The translations under genes were made by a program, and so were the position numbers. Shown piece after piece: positions 59,975-64,000 of a DNA stretch of 64,000 nucleotides; within the stretch, counting starts at the first letter, position 1, and each line of letters opens with the position of its first letter. This DNA comes from Clostridia bacterium (GTDB lineage: Bacteria; Bacillota; Clostridia; UMGS1883): positions 15,866 through 79,865 of the forward strand of contig JAZUOX010000038.1 in NCBI GenBank assembly GCA_045604905.1, given 5' to 3'. The notes under the pieces were generated by a model. The model did not search any database. It was not told the origin of the DNA and was given only the letters and a program-made list of their open reading frames with translations.

Positions 59975-60851
59975 TATTTAAAAGTTCTCTTTCAATAAGA
60001 TCAATAGTTATTCCTGTATTAAGCTTTATTGCATCAATGGGATAAATATCTTTTATATAGCCGTTATAAAATCTGTCCATAAACCAGTCTGCAATTTTTT
60101 CTTTCGTAGTGTTTTCTTTCAGCATAGCTACGATTTTTTCCGCTACTTCTACGGCTGATTCACGGGACTTTTTAAGATAAATCTCCGTTGTTTTCTTATC
60201 TATAATTCCGTAATGGGGAATAAGGACGTTTTCTATATCAAGCTTTGACACTCTGTCAATGGAATCAAGTGCCATTTTGCACCCCACAAGGTATGACGGA
60301 ACAACATCGTCAGTACCGTTATATACGCCTATGGATTCGCAACCTAAAAGGAGCTTTTTCTCCTTACAGTAATACCCTACGGAGCATTTTGTATGTCCCG
60401 GCAGACTCAGCACCTGAAATTCCATATCCCCCGCCTTTATTATGTCACCGTCTTTTGCGGAAATGTCAACAGAGAGGTCGTCAATTAAGTCCTCATACTC
60501 TTTCACACCGTTTTTTATTGCAAACTTGCCGTCCAAATCACGCATAACCATTCTTGCAGTTGGCTTCGCAAATATCTTTGCAGCATATTCCCCTGCAACA
60601 ACCTTTGCATTTTTCCAGTATTTTTTAGCATAAACCGAACCAAGTGCGTGGTCGTAATGGGAATGAGTGAGGAATATGTAGTCAAGCTCTCTTTCCCCAA
60701 GAATCTCTTTAATTTTATCCGCTACCCTATACCCTGTAAACGCAAACCCCGAATCGTACATAATGGCGGTTTTTCCGTCATCAATTAAAAACGCACTGTC
60801 CCCCGGAAGGGCACGCACGTCGGTTATTTTTATGTCTTTCATTTTATTCAC
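59955..60851 (-). CDS. MBL-fold metallo-hydrolase
   Basis: LTHSHYDHALG motif. Confidence 0.85.
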   Translation of the reverse strand: MNKMKDIKITDVRALPGDSAFLIDDGKTAIMYDSGFAFTGYRVADKIKEILGERELDYIFLTHSHYDHALGSVYAKKYWKNAKVVAGEYAAKIFAKPTARMVMRDLDGKFAIKNGVKEYEDLIDDLSVDISAKDGDIIKAGDMEFQVLSLPGHTKCSVGYYCKEKKLLLGCESIGVYNGTDDVVPSYLVGCKMALDSIDRVSKLDIENVLIPHYGIIDKKTTEIYLKKSRESAVEVAEKIVAMLKENTTKEKIADWFMDRFYNGYIKDIYPIDAIKLNTGITIDLIERELLNNENNQN

Positions 60852-61059
60852 CTATATAAGTAAACCTCAAAACCTCTTTACCGTTAACTTCTACCTTTTC
60901 ATTCCACATAGAAAGAGGTCTTACCCACAGTTGTCCTTCTCCGTAAAGAGCTTTATATACAACCATTTCTTCCTCTGTTTCGGAATGGGTTGCAATATCA
61001 ACTACAAGATATTCATTTCCTTTATAATGGCGGTATTTTCCGCCGATAATTATATCCAT
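60844..61059 (-). CDS. DUF1653 family small protein
   Basis: GKYRHYKGNEYLVVDIATHSETEEEMVVYKALYG..WVRPLSMW. Confidence 0.8.
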   Translation of the reverse strand: MDIIIGGKYRHYKGNEYLVVDIATHSETEEEMVVYKALYGEGQLWVRPLSMWNEKVEVNGKEVLRFTYIGE

Positions 61060-61060
61060 A

Positions 61061-62434
61061 TTACTGACCTCTCATAGTATGCATTGAACTCCGTCTCACC
61101 ACAAAGAAACATACAACGTGCGCAATAATAACTACTACCCACGAAATAGGCCAACAAACAAAAAGCATCCCCGGAGTGTGGTTTAAAGGAAGAATAAACT
61201 GCACCCATAAAATTCTTAATCCGCAAGCACCCACAAGGCTGTTCACCATCCCCATATTTGAATGACCGATTCCGCGGAGGGCACCTGCAAGAATTTCCAT
61301 AATTCCGCACAAGAAATACGGAAGACCGAGATAATATATTTTGGTTGTCCCGAAAGTAATCGCTTCCTTTGAATCTGTAATGTAAATACCAAGAAGCGGC
61401 TTTGCAAATATTGCTGTAATCAGACCAATCGAAAATCCCACAACTACAACACTTGCAATACAAATCCATATTGTCTTATAGATGCGTTTTTCATTCTTTG
61501 CACCGTAATTCTGACTTACACTTGTAAGCGTTGCCTGATAGAAAGCATTCATTGCTGTGTAGGTAAATCCTTCTATATTGCTTGCTGCGGCACTTCCTGC
61601 CATAGCCTCAGCACCGAAGGAATTTATGGCACCCTGAATTACCATGTTTGCCAGACTGAACACAGAGTTCTGAATGCTTGCAGGAACACCTATTTTAAGG
61701 GATTCAATAAGCTCGTCCTTATAAAACTTTATTTTCTTTATATCAAGCTTATATGATTCGTTTGTTCTGCAAAGGCAAATAACAACAACAATCGCTGAAA
61801 TATAGTTTGCTACTGCTGTAGCGATCGCAACACCTGCAACATCCAGATGGAAATAGATAACAAGAACAAGGTTAAGTATCACATTTACGATTCCCGATGA
61901 TGAAAGTATGTAAAGGGGCCTTTTCGTGTCACCTGCAGCGCGCATTATTGCTGCACCGAAATTATATACCATTGATGCCGGAAGTCCGATAAAGAAAATA
62001 CGCATATAAAGAGTTGCTCCGTCAAGCACCTCACCTGCAGGAGTTCCAAAAAGGACAAGCAGAGGTTTTGACAACAGTATGCCAATCACCATACCAATCA
62101 AGCCTGAAACTATACCAAGCCCCATTGCAGTATGCACTCCACGATGAGTTCCGTCGTCATCTTTAGCACCTATTCGTCTTGAAACGATAACGCTTGCGCC
62201 AATGGAAAGACCGATGCAAAGGTTTACAAATAATGTATTAATGGAACCTGTTGCTCCAACTGATGCAGTAGCATTACTTCCTGCGAATCTTCCCACAACA
62301 ATAAGGTCAGCCGCATTGTAGAGAAGCTGAAGCATATTTCCTAAAATCAGCGGAATTACAAACTTTATAACATTCCCAAGCATAGGGCCCTGAGTCATAT
62401 CAAGGCTGTTTTTCTTTTTAACGTTAGCACTCAT
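61061..62434 (-). CDS. MATE-family efflux transporter
   Basis: 457 aa with 12 TM helices. The N-terminus is GPMLGNVIKFVIPLILGNMLQLLYNAADLIVVGRF. Confidence 0.9.
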   Translation of the reverse strand: MSANVKKKNSLDMTQGPMLGNVIKFVIPLILGNMLQLLYNAADLIVVGRFAGSNATASVGATGSINTLFVNLCIGLSIGASVIVSRRIGAKDDDGTHRGVHTAMGLGIVSGLIGMVIGILLSKPLLVLFGTPAGEVLDGATLYMRIFFIGLPASMVYNFGAAIMRAAGDTKRPLYILSSSGIVNVILNLVLVIYFHLDVAGVAIATAVANYISAIVVVICLCRTNESYKLDIKKIKFYKDELIESLKIGVPASIQNSVFSLANMVIQGAINSFGAEAMAGSAAASNIEGFTYTAMNAFYQATLTSVSQNYGAKNEKRIYKTIWICIASVVVVGFSIGLITAIFAKPLLGIYITDSKEAITFGTTKIYYLGLPYFLCGIMEILAGALRGIGHSNMGMVNSLVGACGLRILWVQFILPLNHTPGMLFVCWPISWVVVIIAHVVCFFVVRRSSMHTMRGQ

Positions 62435-62472
62435 ATTGCTGCCCCCTAGAAATCATTCTGTCCCTTTTACCA

Positions 62473-62500
62473 ATTATAGCACCATAGTAGCGGAAGTCAA
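62473..62500 (-). promoter_or_regulatory. Sigma-A promoter of the MATE operon
   Basis: On the minus strand: TTGACT (62495-62500), 16 nt spacer, TGcTATAAT (hexamer at 62473-62478). Confidence 0.6.
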
Positions 62501-62562
62501 GAAGATAAAGCACGAAAGTTTTTCTTTTTTCAGAGCAGCCTTATCTTTCCATTTTGCTACAT

Positions 62563-62612
62563 AACTAAAAAGCAGATTATGAATTTCATCGTTCACAATC
62601 TGCTTTTTAGTT
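62563..62612 (-). terminator. Terminator hairpin after the aldehyde dehydrogenase gene
   Basis: 16-bp arms AACTAAAAAGCAGATT / AATCTGCTTTTTAGTT with an 18-nt loop. The core is GCAGATT / AATCTGC followed by UUUUUAGUU. Confidence 0.7.
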
Positions 62613-63984
62613 ATCTTAAAAACATCTTAAGAAGCTTTCCGTAAATTCCACGGTTGTAAGGCTGATAACGCATAGGCAGGTCCATAAAGGTTTTCTTGTC
62701 AACAATACTCTTTGTATGACAGAACGCCTCAAACCCTGTCTTTCCGTGATATGCTCCCATGCCACTTTCACCTACTCCTCCAAAGCCCATCTCACTTGTC
62801 GCAAGATGAATTACAACATCGTTTACACAGCCACCACCAAAGGATAGTTTGCGTGTGATTTCTTTGATGTTCTTTCTGTTTTCTGAGAATATGTAAAGAG
62901 CAAGAGGCTTATCCTTACCACGCAGAATTTTTTCTATATCACTGAATTTATCATAGGTTAACACAGGAAGTACGGGACCGAAAATTTCTTCTCCCATAAC
63001 GGAATCGTCAAATGTTACATTGTCCATTACCGTTGGTTCAATCCGTAGTGTTCTGCTATCCGTCTTCCCTCCGATGACAACCTTTTTACCGTCTATCAGA
63101 CCGCAGATACGTTCAAAATGCTTTTCGTTTACGATTTTACCGTAATCGGGATTTTCGAGAGGGTTTTCTCCGTACTGCTTTTTAATCTGCTTTTTGATTT
63201 CACTTACAAGCTCATCCTTAACAGATTTATCGCAAAGAATGTAATCGGGAGCAACGCAGGTCTGCCCGCAATTAAGGTATTTGCCAAAAACTATTCTTTT
63301 TGCGGCAAGCTTGATTTTTGCAGAAGAATCCACTATACACGGGCTTTTGCCGCCAAGTTCAAGAACGGCAGGTGTAAGATGCTCCGCGCATTTACGAAGA
63401 ACCTCTTTGCCGACATTCTGACTACCGGTAAAAAATACCATATCAAACTTTTTGTCAAGAAGGGCGGCATTTTCCTGTCTTCTTCCCTCTACAACGGCAA
63501 CATATTCGGGCGGGAAACATTCTCTTATAATTTTTGCTATTATTCCGCTTGTGGCAGGAGAGTATGCACTGGGTTTTACAACTGCCGTGTTTCCTGCAGC
63601 AATAGCGTTACAAAGCGGGTCTATTGTAAGAAGAAAAGGATAGTTCCACGGGCTCATAATAAGTACGTTGCCATAGGGTGTAGGTTGTTTATAGCTTACA
63701 GATGCAAACTGCGGTATGGGAGTATATACGATTTTTCTTTTTGCAAAGCTTTTTACATGCTTAATCATATAGCTTATTTCAGAAAGGCATAATCCCACCT
63801 CGCACATAAATCCCTCAAACTCGCTTTTCCCAAGGTCTGTCCTGATGGCTTCGTTTATGGCATCTTCGTTATCTTTTACAGCTTTGTAAAGCTTTTTCAG
63901 CATATCAATGCGGAACTTTACCGGAAAGGTAAGCCCCAGGCTATAAAATTCTTTCTGTTTTTCAAGTATCACATCTATATTCAT
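62611..63984 (-). CDS. NAD(P)-dependent aldehyde dehydrogenase (class-3-like)
   Basis: LELGGKSP and LNCGQTCVAPDY motifs. 457 aa. Confidence 0.9.
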   Translation of the reverse strand: MNIDVILEKQKEFYSLGLTFPVKFRIDMLKKLYKAVKDNEDAINEAIRTDLGKSEFEGFMCEVGLCLSEISYMIKHVKSFAKRKIVYTPIPQFASVSYKQPTPYGNVLIMSPWNYPFLLTIDPLCNAIAAGNTAVVKPSAYSPATSGIIAKIIRECFPPEYVAVVEGRRQENAALLDKKFDMVFFTGSQNVGKEVLRKCAEHLTPAVLELGGKSPCIVDSSAKIKLAAKRIVFGKYLNCGQTCVAPDYILCDKSVKDELVSEIKKQIKKQYGENPLENPDYGKIVNEKHFERICGLIDGKKVVIGGKTDSRTLRIEPTVMDNVTFDDSVMGEEIFGPVLPVLTYDKFSDIEKILRGKDKPLALYIFSENRKNIKEITRKLSFGGGCVNDVVIHLATSEMGFGGVGESGMGAYHGKTGFEAFCHTKSIVDKKTFMDLPMRYQPYNRGIYGKLLKMFLR

Positions 63985-64000
63985 ATCGATTTCTCCATTA

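Noticed and set aside
61050-61469. 139-aa same-strand, out-of-frame ORF overlapping the 3' part of the MATE gene and DUF1653
   Set aside because: It is an alternative frame of a confidently called transporter. It is Cys-rich, has no RBS and crosses a gene boundary.
63118-63792. 224-aa ORF antisense to the aldehyde dehydrogenase gene
   Set aside because: It is a shadow ORF within a well-supported gene, with no SD and an implausible composition rich in Cys, Phe and Arg.

Overview
This is a 64-kb chromosomal window from a moderate-GC Firmicute. A Clostridia origin is inferred from protein signatures, frequent TTG starts and gene order. I call about 63 protein-coding genes at high density. I recognised no rRNA, tRNA, CRISPR array, transposase, integrase or phage gene.

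The core (30.4-44.1 kb) is the conserved housekeeping cluster yicC-remA-gmk-rpoZ-priA-def-fmt-(Zn peptidase)-rsmB-rlmN-stp-prkC-rsgA-rpe-(5-formyl-THF cyclo-ligase).

Other housekeeping genes:
- holB (5' truncated by the window edge), murJ, dinB, uvrC
- mgtE, preceded by a structured leader
- mltG, hflX, yigZ, yajC, a Dus-family enzyme and an RluA-family enzyme

Accessory metabolic modules, five of them next to an AraC-family regulator:
- a LysR-controlled tartrate/D-malate dehydrogenase, AEC permease and malic enzyme operon
- an AraC-linked phosphotriesterase-homology and M24 pair
- a zur-znuC-znuB operon with a perfect 8-1-8 palindromic operator
- a Gfo/Idh/MocA, creatininase-family and AGCS symporter operon beside a GH2 beta-galactosidase
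- a MATE-DUF1653-MBL-RluA operon and a class-3-like aldehyde dehydrogenase

I found no clear defence, mobile or biosynthetic system. The items that look least ordinary are:
1. An XRE-type HTH fused in-frame to a complete phosphoglucosamine mutase. It heads an operon with a stand-alone GlmU-type acetyltransferase half and NagB.
2. A lipoyl-less E2/CAT-fold acyltransferase whose DHRxxDG motif reads DERIADG. It is translationally coupled to an adenylate-forming ligase.
3. Related TTCGAAAT-type repeats bracketing the phosphotriesterase-homology/AraC module.
4. Two intrinsic-terminator hairpins whose 3' arm contains the Shine-Dalgarno of the next gene.

All functional calls rest on motif recognition by eye. 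No database search was run.
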